A stretch of 64,000 bases of DNA from positions 576,001 through 640,000 of the forward strand of contig CAWCKY010000004.1 of assembly GCA_963796275.1 (NCBI GenBank), in the 5' to 3' direction. Shown here one piece after another: positions 31,439-41,653 of the stretch. The notes beneath the pieces are model-generated. The model was not told where the DNA came from. It did not search any database and was given only the letters and a program-made list of their open reading frames with translations. The stretch's first letter is position 1; each line of letters begins with the position of its first letter. The translations under genes were made by a program, and so were the position numbers. Origin of the DNA: an uncultured Acidobacteriota bacterium. Lineage in GTDB: Bacteria > Acidobacteriota > Blastocatellia > RBC074.

Positions 31439-34024
31439 CTATTGTCGATATACAAACTCATTGAGATTGAAAATCAGCTGGCAGAACTCGGCCAATCCGT
31501 TGGGGCTGCTTCGGATGTATTCCACCGCCTTCGCCCGCTCGAACTCTAGCGGTGCGCGCCCCAGTGCCAGGCGATAGGCCCGCTCCACCTGTGCCCGCAC
31601 GTTCTCGCCCTCCTCGCTCCGTAATCGCTCAGCAAAGAACCGGGCCTCGGTGATGACGAAGTTGTTGTTCATCAGCAGCAATGCCTGCGGCGCGATGGTC
31701 GACCGGTTACGCCGGTCGCACGAATTGATCAGGTTCGGTTGATCGAATGTTTCAAAGAGCGGGTAGCGGATGCTGCGCTTCGAAAACACGTACAGGCTGC
31801 GCCGCCACGTCGAAGGATCGTCGTCCGGCTTGCCCGGCCACGTCCGCTTGGTGCTCGATTGGAAGAGCTTCGGATCGATGTACGGGAAGACCGCCTGACC
31901 GCCCAGCGTCCGATCGAGATTGCCCGCGACGGCCAGTATCTGATCGCGTATGATCTCGGCTTCAAGCCGCACGCGAGGCATCCGCCAGAAGAACCGGTTT
32001 TCAGGGTCCAGGGCGACGTTCGATGCGATGTCGTCGCTCGCCATCCGATATGCGCGCGATGTCATCATCAGGTAGTGCATCTGCTTCATGCTCCACCCGC
32101 GCGCGACGAACTCTAGGGCCAGCCAATCGAGCAGTTCGGGATGCGACGGCGGTTCGCCCATCTTGCCGAAGTTGCCTGGCGTTCGAACGATCCCCTCACC
32201 GAAATGGTGCTGCCAGATGCGATTGACCATGACTCGCGCGGTGAGCGGATTCTGCGGCGACACCATCCACTCGGCCAACCCTCGCCGGCGCCAGCTCGAT
32301 TTCGCGTTCGCCGGCGGCGACGGAAATTCATAATCGGTTTCGCCGATCACCGAGAGGACTCCCGGCGTCATGAGCGGCCCTTTCACATCGATGCTGCCGC
32401 GATGCAGAAAGTAGGAGGGGCGCGCCTTGGGGCCATCCTCTCCGATGGCCCTCGCCGTCGGATAAGGCTTCGGCTTTTGTTTATCCAACTCCCTGATACG
32501 TGCTTTTAGCTTATCGTGCTCGCGCCTGTCAGCTTCAGACATCCGCGCCACGATGTCCTCCTCGGTGATGCGCGCGGATAGTCGATCATTCTCAAGCGTC
32601 TTGCGAATCTGGCTGACGTTGAGCCGCTGTCCCGGCGTGCGTTGAGATTCCGGCGTGCGCCAGGCGATCTGCATATACTCGGGCAACCGGCTGACGGCCT
32701 CATCGACGAGGATTTTCAGGTATGGAGCTTCGAGATCGGATTGGGACTTCTTCAGTGGCTGCTGGATCGAATCTATTCGCCCCGTCTCAGTCTTGTGGGC
32801 TGCGACAACATCAGGTCCGACGAGCGGATAGTTCACCGGTTTTGTAGAAAAGAACAAAGACTGGATGCGATAGTAATCTTTCTGCGTAATGGGATCGAAT
32901 TTGTGATCGTGGCAACGGGCGCATCCGACCGTCAATCCCATAAATGTGAGCGATGTGGTCGTAATCAGATCATCGAGCGACTCCTGACGCCCGCGTTCGC
33001 CGCCGCCGCCGCCTTCAGGCCCGAGCCGCAGGAAGCCCGTAGCTATCATCGCCTCATCTGAATTTAAATCGGAGGCAGATGCGTACTCATCTCCGGCGAG
33101 CTGTTCGCGGACGAACCTGTCATAAGGTTTGTCAGTATTGAACGAGTTGACGACATAGTCGCGATAACGCCACGCATTGGGACGATCGACGTCGAACTCG
33201 AAGCCTCCGGAATCGGCGTAACGGACCAGGTCGAGCCAGTGTCTCGCCCATCGCTCGCCATAATGCGGAGAGGCCAGTAACCGGTCGACCAATCGTTCCC
33301 ATGCGTCGGGAGCGGAGTCTTTGACGAAGCTCTCGATCTCTTCCGGGCTGGGCGGCAGCCCCGTCAGGTCTAAATACGCGCGCCGGATCAGAGTCCGGCG
33401 GTCCGCCTGCGGCGATGGGCTTAAACCCTTTGCATCCATCGCGACTAACAAGAAAGCATCTATCGGATTTAAATTTTTAGTTGCGGGTATACGAGGCGGG
33501 TTTGTTCGTTGTGGCTGTCGAAATGCCCAGTAGCGGCGCTCCTCGGGAGAAATCGGTCGCTCTTCGATTCCTGCTACGACCACGGATGGTTCGGTCTTCC
33601 TCTTTTCAACGGAGTCGCCGGCGGCCGCATTTTCAAACCCGCCCAGCGAGGCGCCTGTTTCAATCCAGCGACGCAGTATCTCGATTTCGGCGTCCGACAG
33701 TTTTTTTCCCGGCGGCATCGCTGGTTTTTCTGTGTGATTGACGAAGAGATAGAGCCGGCTCTTGTCCGCCTCAAAGGGCACGATGACCGGCCCTCCTTCG
33801 CCCCCGGCGCGTATCGACTCGCCCGTTCGCAGATCGAGTCCGGAAGTCCTGATTGCGCCGTGACAGGCAATACAGTTCCTCTTCAAGATGGCATATGCCT
33901 GACTAGAAATATCCTGGGCGGCGTTCTGCGGAAGCTCGGCGCTCGCGCCCCACATAAAAGCAAGCGGCGCGAGCAGATAGATGCAAGCCGCCAAAAACAC
34001 GAGATTCCTATATTTTTTTATCAT
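31439..34024 (-). CDS. Planctomycete cytochrome c + DUF1549 + DUF1553 protein
   Basis: NCIACHG, LIRRAYLDLTGLPP, YGERWARHWLDLVRYADS, VGCARCHDHKFDP, VNRIWQHHFGEG, PSHPELLDWLA. Confidence 0.92.
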   Translation of the reverse strand: MIKKYRNLVFLAACIYLLAPLAFMWGASAELPQNAAQDISSQAYAILKRNCIACHGAIRTSGLDLRTGESIRAGGEGGPVIVPFEADKSRLYLFVNHTEKPAMPPGKKLSDAEIEILRRWIETGASLGGFENAAAGDSVEKRKTEPSVVVAGIEERPISPEERRYWAFRQPQRTNPPRIPATKNLNPIDAFLLVAMDAKGLSPSPQADRRTLIRRAYLDLTGLPPSPEEIESFVKDSAPDAWERLVDRLLASPHYGERWARHWLDLVRYADSGGFEFDVDRPNAWRYRDYVVNSFNTDKPYDRFVREQLAGDEYASASDLNSDEAMIATGFLRLGPEGGGGGERGRQESLDDLITTTSLTFMGLTVGCARCHDHKFDPITQKDYYRIQSLFFSTKPVNYPLVGPDVVAAHKTETGRIDSIQQPLKKSQSDLEAPYLKILVDEAVSRLPEYMQIAWRTPESQRTPGQRLNVSQIRKTLENDRLSARITEEDIVARMSEADRREHDKLKARIRELDKQKPKPYPTARAIGEDGPKARPSYFLHRGSIDVKGPLMTPGVLSVIGETDYEFPSPPANAKSSWRRRGLAEWMVSPQNPLTARVMVNRIWQHHFGEGIVRTPGNFGKMGEPPSHPELLDWLALEFVARGWSMKQMHYLMMTSRAYRMASDDIASNVALDPENRFFWRMPRVRLEAEIIRDQILAVAGNLDRTLGGQAVFPYIDPKLFQSSTKRTWPGKPDDDPSTWRRSLYVFSKRSIRYPLFETFDQPNLINSCDRRNRSTIAPQALLLMNNNFVITEARFFAERLRSEEGENVRAQVERAYRLALGRAPLEFERAKAVEYIRSSPNGLAEFCQLIFNLNEFVYRQ

Positions 34025-34111
34025 CCCAGCAAAGCTCCCAGGATAATAGAAATCAATCGGAGCGTAATGTCTTGTCTCAGATTAGGCCGGCTTGTATAAG
34101 ATTATTGAGTA

Positions 34112-34738
34112 TTATAAGTGGACGATGCCTCGTTGGAGTGCGGCGATTGCAGCCTGAGTACGGTCGCTCACACCCATACGGCTGAGGATAACATTTACGT
34201 GGCACTTCACCGTACCCTCGGTGATCCCCAGTTCCGCAGCAATTTCCTTATTGCTTCTCCCTTTTACGATCAAACCAAGGACATCACGTTCGCGATCAGT
34301 GAGGGCGGAATTGGGCGTGCGGGCAGCCAGGCTCTTCGCGACCGCCGCGGGTATCACCCGCAGCCCGGAATTTACTTTCAATATGGCATCGACAAGCGTC
34401 TCACCGGGCATGCACTTGATGAGATAAGCCTGGGCGCCGGCCTCGAGCGCCTGGTAGATGTCTTCATCACCCTCGTAAGTTGTCATGACCACGAAACGGC
34501 TCTGCCGGTATTCGCTTCGGATCAGTCTAATGGCATCGACGCCGCTGATGCCTGGCAACCGCAGGTCCATGAGCACAACATCCGGCTGGTGTTTCCGAAA
34601 CAACGCGACGGCTTCCTCGCCTGTGGCCGCCTCGCCGATCACGCTCATGCTGCGCTGAGCGTTGATGAATGCGGCCAGACCAAAACGCACCATCGGATGG
34701 TCGTCAACGATAAGAATACGAATCTGGTTCAGGTTCAT
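34112..34738 (-). CDS. NarL/FixJ-family response regulator (REC + LuxR HTH)
   Basis: IVDDHPMVR, DVVLMDLRLP, LTDRERDVL..SNKEIA..TVKCHV. Confidence 0.95.
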   Translation of the reverse strand: MNLNQIRILIVDDHPMVRFGLAAFINAQRSMSVIGEAATGEEAVALFRKHQPDVVLMDLRLPGISGVDAIRLIRSEYRQSRFVVMTTYEGDEDIYQALEAGAQAYLIKCMPGETLVDAILKVNSGLRVIPAAVAKSLAARTPNSALTDRERDVLGLIVKGRSNKEIAAELGITEGTVKCHVNVILSRMGVSDRTQAAIAALQRGIVHL

Positions 34739-34777
34739 ACAAGTACCTAACTATCATCTCTTCACCTATCCATCGCT

Positions 34778-34950
34778 TCGCATTGAGGCTAATGCTGGCC
34801 TCGCATTGATGCTCAGCTGGGCTCGCATTGATGCACGAACCGATTCGCATTGAGGCTAATGCAGGCCTCGCATTGATGCTCATTTGGGCTCGCATTGACG
34901 TTTAGCGTTCGCATCAATGATCACCTTGCGGCGCACCTATGCACACTTTT
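34778..34950. repeat. Tandem 22-23 bp repeats with conserved core TCGCATTGA
   Basis: Cores at 34778, 34801, 34823, 34845, 34868, 34890 and 34909 (variant), with a 67 bp higher-order period. Confidence 0.8.
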
Positions 34951-35546
34951 TTCGCCGAGTTAGCGGCGGTTGATTGTAGCCGCGGGTTTCAACGTTTCAA
35001 CCCACGGCGGTCGCTCGCATTGATGCTCTCATGGGCTCGCATTGACGCACGAACCGGATTCTCAGTGACGTTTTAGCGTTCGCATCGATGCTCATTTGCA
35101 ACGCACCGATGACATCAATGCACATCTGTCTTCGCCGCGTTAGCGGCGGTTGATTGTAGCCGTGGGTTTCAACGTTTCAACCCACGGTGGTCGCTCGCAT
35201 TGATGCTCTCATGGTCTCGCATTGACGCACGAACCGGATTCTCAGTGACGTTTTAGCGTTCGCAACGATGCTCATTTGCAACGCACCGATGACATCAATG
35301 CACATCTGTCTTCGCCGCGTTAGCGGCGGTTGATTGTAGCCGTGGGTTTCAACGTTTCAACCCACGGTGGTCGCTCGCATTGATGCTCTCATGGGCTCGC
35401 ATTGACGCACGAACCGGATTCTCAGTGACGTTTTAGCGTTCGCATCGATGCTCATTTGCAACGCACCGATGACATCAATGCACATCTGTCTTCGCCGCGT
35501 TAGCGGCGGTTGATTGTAGCCGTGGGTTTCAACCCACGGTGGTCGC
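34951..35546 (+). repeat. 180 bp tandem array of GTAG-REP element ends (4 REP copies)
   Basis: Units start at 34951, 35131, 35311 and 35491. Each has TTCGCCGCGTTAGCGGCGGTTGATTGTAGCCGTGGGTTTCAAC(GTTTCAAC)CCACGG; the first copy has a few substitutions. Confidence 0.92.
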
Positions 35547-35580
35547 GAGATAAATCCGCGTCGCGTCAGCGACGCTTGAA

Positions 35581-36033
35581 TTATCCCCAAATATAACGCT
35601 CGTCATACACTACCGCATGCTTCTTCAGAAATTCGAGATACTCCTCCTGGAAGGACTGCGTCTGATGGTGCGTACGTTGGTTTTGTATGTAACTTGTGAC
35701 CTTCGGCACATTCGATTTACTGATGGTAAAGGCTGCATATCCATCCTGCCAACCGAAATCCACCAAATCAGAAAATTCTTCGCGGATCCATTTTGACGAA
35801 TCGCCTTTAAGGTACTTGGCAATCTCAAACGGCGCGAGCGTTTGCGGAGCCGCCACCAAGGCATGAAGATGGTCCTCGATGCCACCAATTTGGATTGGGG
35901 TCATCTTATGATGGCGTGCGACGCCGCCTAAATAAGCCCATATGCGCTCTTCAATATTTGATCGGATGAATTCAACTCGATTTTTCGTACTGAAAACAAT
36001 GTGATAATACAAAGCAGTGTATGTGTTTGCCAT
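35581..36033 (-). mobile_element. tnpA: IS200/IS605-superfamily HUH (Y1) transposase, RAYT-like
   Basis: LYYHIVFSTKNR, GGIEDHLH (HUH), LKGDSSKW, FGWQDGYAAF, SYIQNQRTHH; no tnpB; flanked by inverted GTAG REPs. Confidence 0.92.
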
Positions 36034-36094
36034 ACCATAATCCGTTCATCGAATATTCAGGCGTCGCTGACGCGACGCGGATTTTATCCCCATA

Positions 36095-37120
36095 CCACCG
36101 TGGGTTAAAACCCACGGCTACAATCAACCGCCGCTATCGCGGCGAAGAACATTGTTTACTCCATCGTACCACTGTGACTTGAATCCCACGGCTACAATCA
36201 ACTACCGCTATCGAGGCAAATAACCTTGTTTACTCCATCGCCCACCGTGGGTTAAAACCCACGGCTATAATCACCCCCGCTATCGCGGCGAAGCACATTG
36301 TTTACTCCATCGTACCACTGTGACTTGAATCCCACGGCTATAATCACCCCCGCTATCGCGGCGAAGCACATTGTTTACTCCATCGCCCACCGTGGGTTAA
36401 AACCCACGGCTACAATCACCCCCCCGCTATCGCGGCGAAGAACATTGTTTACTCCATCGTACCACTGTGACTTGAATCCCACGGCTACAATCAACTACCG
36501 CTATCGAGGCAAATAACCTTGTTTACTCCATCGCCCACCGTGGGTTAAAACCCACGGCTACAATCACCCCCCCGCTATCGCGGCGAAGCACATTGTTTAC
36601 TCCATCGTACCACTGTGACTTGAATCCCACGGCTACAATCAACTACCGCTATCGCGGCAAAGAACCTTGCTTACTCCATCGCCCACCGTGGGTTAAAACC
36701 AGGTTAAAACCCACGGCTATAATCACCCCCGCTATCGCGGCGAAGCACATTGTTTACTCCATCGTACCACTGTGACTTGAATCCCACGGCTACAATCAAC
36801 TACCGCTATCGCGGCAAAGAACCTTGCTTACTCCATCGCACCACTGTGGGTTAAAACCCCACGGCTATCGCGGCGAAGAACATTGTTTACTCCACCGTGC
36901 CACTGCAACTTGAATCCCACGGCTACAATCAACTACCGCTATCGCGGCAAATAACATTGTTTACTCCATCGTACCACTGTGACTTGAATCCCACGACTAC
37001 AATCAACTACCGCTATCGAGGCAAATAACATTGCTCACTCCATCGTACCACCGTAGCTTGAAACCACGACTACATCAACCACCGCTATCGCGGCGAAGCG
37101 CTTTGCCTACTCCATCGTTG
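36095..37120 (-). repeat. About 73-75 bp tandem REP array, roughly 14 units alternating A/B and decaying distally
   Basis: A units CCACCGTGGGTTAAAACCCACGGCTA(C/T); B units CCACTGTGACTTGAATCCCACGGCTA(C/T); shared tail CCGCTATCG(C/A)GGC..TTGTTTACTCCATCG. Degenerate traces continue to about 37260. Confidence 0.92.
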
Positions 37121-37399
37121 CTTATCCCATCCTAAAACCCCTGCGTTACACCCACAGCTATAATCAGCGCCCCACTATTACGGCAAAGAATTCTGGTTAT
37201 CTCATCCCACTACCACTTTACGTTACCCCCTCAGCTAACACTAATCGCCGCAATCTCAGCGCAGAACCGTCCTATCACATCCTACTAATCCTACTACCAT
37301 TCTCTCATCCCTCGGTTAAATCCAACCCTATGTTCTCCGGCTGGAAGAAACCAGGTTATCCCATCCTACTATCCTACTATCCTGCCCCCGCCCGATAAC

Positions 37400-40358
37400 T
37401 CAGCGGCTCCAACTGCGGCGAAGAATTGGTACAATAACACTGATCTCAGTTCCCTTCCCGGGCGCGCTGTTCAACGAGAAGATGCCGCCCATGTGCTTCG
37501 CCCGTTCGCTCATTCCCTCCAATCCATAATGATCGCCCGCTTTGGCAATCGCCGACGCCGGTTCGAATCCGCATCCGTCATCGGTCACCTTGACCTGCAG
37601 CCGATTGGATTCGAAGGTCCATGAGAGATGCACGTTCTGCGGACGGCCATGATGCACCGCATTCAACATAGCTTCCTTGGCGATCATCACCAGATCATGC
37701 TCTACCTGCGCATCGAGCGGAACCGGCGTGCCATCGGCTTTGCAGGAGATGATCACTCCGGAGGTAAACGCTAACTGCTGCGCCAACCGCTCGAGCGATG
37801 AGACGAGGCCATCGCCATTCGGCGACTCGTGGCGCAGGTTCCAGACGGCGCGCCGCGCATCGTCTACGCTCTCCCGCACCTGTATGCGCGCCCGCTCCAG
37901 CAGCTCGCTCGTCATCTCGGGGGACGATTGCCTCAGACTCACTGCCGCATCTAGCAGCGCGGAAACTCCCACGCAGCCTTGTATCAGCGTGTCGTGCATC
38001 TCTCGGGCCAGACGATTCCTCTCCGCAAGCACCGCGGCGAAACGAACCCGAATCTGCCGCACGCGCATCCGGTACCCCGCCAGTCCCGCGGCAGCCAGTG
38101 CGGCCGCACATAAGGCGAGAAACCATAACGTCTCATAAAAATGCGGCCCCAATTCGATTTCAATCGCCGCCTCAGATGTCGAGCGCGGGTTGTCCACCTC
38201 ATATGCCGCGACACGGAAACGATATGGTCCGGGCGGCAGGTTGGTGTAGTAAGCGACACGGCGTCCGTCAGCCTCGGTCCAATCGCGGTCGAATCCTTCC
38301 AGTACGTAACGGAAACGTATCCGTTCGGAAGATCGCAGCCTGATGGCCGTATAGTGAATCTCCAATCGCCCGTCTCCCGGCCCTACCTGGACTCTCCCGC
38401 CAAGCGGCGCTTCCCTTCCATCCGCCAATATCTTCTCGATCAGAACGGGGCGCACGCTCGTCCGGGTGTTATGATCCGGAGTGATTCGCACCGCCCCTCT
38501 CGTGCTCGGAAACCAGAGATCACCGTCAACGCTGATGGCTCCCGCAGGCTGGACTCCCCCGTTCATCTGGTTGGTCTCCATTCCCTCCGACATTCCATAG
38601 GTAGAGATCGCAGGACGGTGTGACCGATCAACCAGGGTCCGCAACAGGTCTTTACGATTAACGGAAAAGACGCAGGACGGACTGCTCAACCACAAACTGC
38701 CGGTATCGTCCTCGAGTATCTGGTGGATGTTGTTATTCGCGAGACCATGTTTCGTGGTGAAGCTGATAAGCGTCCCCGATTGCATTAAGAAAGAGTCCCG
38801 CGCCGCGCGTCCCAAACCATAGTCCGCCGTCCGGATCTTCGTGAATAGCCCAGACCTTCTCGCCGGCTAGCCCTGCGAAACCTGAATCCCAGATGCCGTC
38901 GTGGAAGCGGCTCACTCCGCCATCGGTCGCAACCCACAGGTCACCGAAACGATCTTCCAGAAGCGCCCGTATGCTGCCGTATGCCAGCCCCTGCGCAGTA
39001 TGGAAGTTCTGGAACGTCCCCTGGCGCCAGCGGCTCAACCCGCTGTCGGTCCCGATCCAGATACTTCCATCCCGGGTCTCGCAAAATGCGCGCACGAAAT
39101 CATTCACCAATCCCTGCTTCATCGTGAACCGCGCCAAGCCCTCTGACGTGATCTTTATCGCGCCCTCGCCATTTGTGCCGACCCAAAGCGCTCCTCCGCT
39201 GTCGCGAAAAATCGTGCGAACGCCCATGTTTTCCGATCCTGCGGGGAGCTGCGCAAGCACAGGTTTCATTTCCTCGACGCGATAAAGTCGCCCGCTCAGC
39301 GTGGTCACCCAGATGCTACGATCTTGATCTTCATAGACGGTTTTGATGCTCTCGGGCGCGCCGTTAAGACCGGCTGCTACGGTGCTTACGATGCTTCGGC
39401 TCAATCGCAGCAGCCCGTTCTGCGTGCCGATCCAGATGTTCCCCTCACTGTCCTCGAGGAGCGCCAGGATATGATTGTCCGGCAGAAGTCCAGGCGCGCG
39501 ATAGACCACCGGGTCGCCTTCCCCGTAACGAAACAGCCCGTGACCGTAGGTGCCCGCCCAGAGACCTCCATCCTTCGTCTGATACAAATATGTTGTGTTG
39601 TGGTGAATGATCGTGCGGGATGAGAAGACATCGGCCGGATTCCCGCCCGGGACGCGATGAAGACCGCTGATAGTCGCCACCCAGATCGTCCCATCGTTCG
39701 ATTCCGCGATCGCGCGAATGCTGTTGTCAGCCAGACTCAGGCTCGAACGATAAACCGCCGGAACGCCATTAGATAAAATGAGCAAACCAGCACCGCCCAC
39801 CCAAAGGCGTTTATCCCTATCCTCACGTATCGCGTGGACGCTCATAGCGGGAATGCCCGGCTGATCATCCATGCGTATCAGCTTGTCGCCTTCAAATCGG
39901 TAGAGCCCGCGATCCGTCCCTACCCAAAGGTTCGCCTTGCTGTCTTCATAGATGGCGCGCACGAATCCGTTGGTCAGGCCATCGTTCGAGCCGAAATGAC
40001 GGAAGCTGCCGGACCGATACCTTACGAGCCCGCCCCCCTCGGTCCCTATCCACAAACCTCCGTCCCGCGCGCAATAAAGCGAATAAACGCTCTCTTCACG
40101 CAAAGCCGGCGTATTTTCGCTATCGAAGATCGTGAATCTCGCCCCGTCGAACCGAGCGAGACCACCGCTGGTCCCTATCCAGAGATAGCCGTCGTTCGTT
40201 TGGACCAATGCGTTGATGGTATCCTGCGGCAGCCCGTCCTGTGTCTGCCAGACGCGACGGCTGTACCTGTCGTCTTTCGTCTGCGAATGACAAACAGAGG
40301 CAAGTAGCACCACTGCCACTATCAGAGCGTAGAACTGGGATAATTTATGGCCACGCAT
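37400..40358 (-). CDS. Periplasmic beta-propeller (Reg_prop) + Y_Y_Y sensor histidine kinase (HisKA_3); split by one extra base near 38787
   Basis: Repeats of D..G.LW(I/V)GT..GL, Y_Y_Y motif YYTNLPPGPYRFRV, TM helix, ERNRLAREMHDTLIQG, VTDDGCGF, HYGLEGMSER. Confidence 0.9.
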
Positions 40359-40640
40359 GCCGTTCTCTTGATGTATGCGTTATTCTTCCCAGCAAACTTA
40401 TCTAATATTATTTATCTATCCGGAATTTACTGAAAACTAGAGAGTTGTTTTGTCCGTGCGATCCTAGTTCAAGATCGCTAATAACGCAATATTATAATCA
40501 TTTTAGGCGTTTCGATGCTCTCAGTTGACACCCGGGGTAGTTCCGGCGAGAATCATCGAGCCCGTTCATGCTACCGCCCTCAAATCCCCCTCTAATTAAA
40601 CGACAATCATTCGAATAAACCCTTCAGGAGGTACCGAGCG

Positions 40641-41531
40641 ATGACAAAACGAATCAGCACTATAATTTTCTGCGCCATCGCAACCGCGATGATGTTGTCT
40701 ACTTTAGTAAATGCACAGGAGAGGCGGCCACGATATCCGAATCGTGAACCTACGCAGGACGAGGAAGAAGAAGTGAGAAACCGGCGCGCCACGCCGCCTC
40801 CCGTTCAATTGCCCGATGAAAGAAGGAAGGTCGAACTCGATGTCCGGTACTGGTTCACCAGCCCGAGGTTATCCGCGAGGGTGGCCGACACTATTGACGA
40901 CATACCAGTGAATGGCCTTGCCGGGATCGATCTCGATTCCACCAATATGCCGGAGCCGCGTTTCTCGGGATATATCACGCGCAGCAACAAAATCCGAGTC
41001 GACTATCTGAAAATGTCTGCTCAAGGTAACGCGGGAGATATTTCCATTCAGGTTCCCGGCCTCGACGCCATTTTCGGAGATGACCTCGACCTAGATTCGC
41101 TTGCGACGGCCAAGCTCGACATCCAGCAACTCAGGGTTGGCTATGCCTGGCAGGGCATCAATATCAACAACAAGGTAAGGCTGGGTCCGCTGGTCGAAGT
41201 GAGAGGCTACAAACTCAACGGCGTGGTTACAGCGCCGTCGCTGCTCGCAGCCGGGGCTTCTGGTGAATATTATTTGGGGATGGTGACGGCAGGCGCCGAC
41301 CTGAAAATCGCTCCGACAACACGGATGGAGATCGATTCGGTTATTTCAGGAATCCCCATTGGTGGATTGGGCCGGGTGTTCGATGCGGATGTTGCGGCTA
41401 AGTACTTCTTTCACAAAAATGTCGCCGCCCAGGGGGGCTACCGTTTCTTGCGGCTCAGGGTGGATGATGGACCCAATAGGGCTGAGCTCAGAATACGAGG
41501 CCCGTTCATAGGGATGGGATTCAGGTTTTAA
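40641..41531 (+). CDS. Hypothetical outer-membrane beta-barrel protein
   Basis: Signal peptide, amphipathic strands, terminal GPFIGMGFRF BAM-type motif, AGGAGG RBS. Confidence 0.7.
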   Translation: MTKRISTIIFCAIATAMMLSTLVNAQERRPRYPNREPTQDEEEEVRNRRATPPPVQLPDERRKVELDVRYWFTSPRLSARVADTIDDIPVNGLAGIDLDSTNMPEPRFSGYITRSNKIRVDYLKMSAQGNAGDISIQVPGLDAIFGDDLDLDSLATAKLDIQQLRVGYAWQGININNKVRLGPLVEVRGYKLNGVVTAPSLLAAGASGEYYLGMVTAGADLKIAPTTRMEIDSVISGIPIGGLGRVFDADVAAKYFFHKNVAAQGGYRFLRLRVDDGPNRAELRIRGPFIGMGFRF

Positions 41532-41544
41532 GGCTGTAAAAAAA

Positions 41545-41627
41545 GGAATTCACCACAAAGAACATAAATTCTGATCGCGAGACGAGGTGGCAGATCTGCC
41601 CCCTCTCTCATAGTTGTGGTGAATTCC
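41545..41627. repeat. 14 bp inverted repeat between convergent genes (MITE-like element or terminator)
   Basis: GGAATTCACCACAA ... TTGTGGTGAATTCC around about 55 nt. Confidence 0.6.
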
Positions 41628-41653
41628 TCTTTCCTCTCTATCCGGCTTCCTCC

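Noticed and set aside
35581-36033. IS605/IS1341 element with tnpB or an omega-RNA
   Set aside because: No TnpB/IscB ORF is adjacent, and the flanks are inverted REPs rather than asymmetric LE/RE ends.
35357-36775. Short ORFs inside the repeat arrays (35357-35590, 36298-36516, 36593-36775)
   Set aside because: They are translations of REP repeats with no RBS or protein-like composition.
34951-37120. CRISPR array call for the tandem repeats
   Set aside because: There are no unique spacers (inter-repeat DNA is itself repeated), units are 73-180 bp, no cas genes are present, and the repeats are GTAG-REP hairpins tied to a Y1 transposase.
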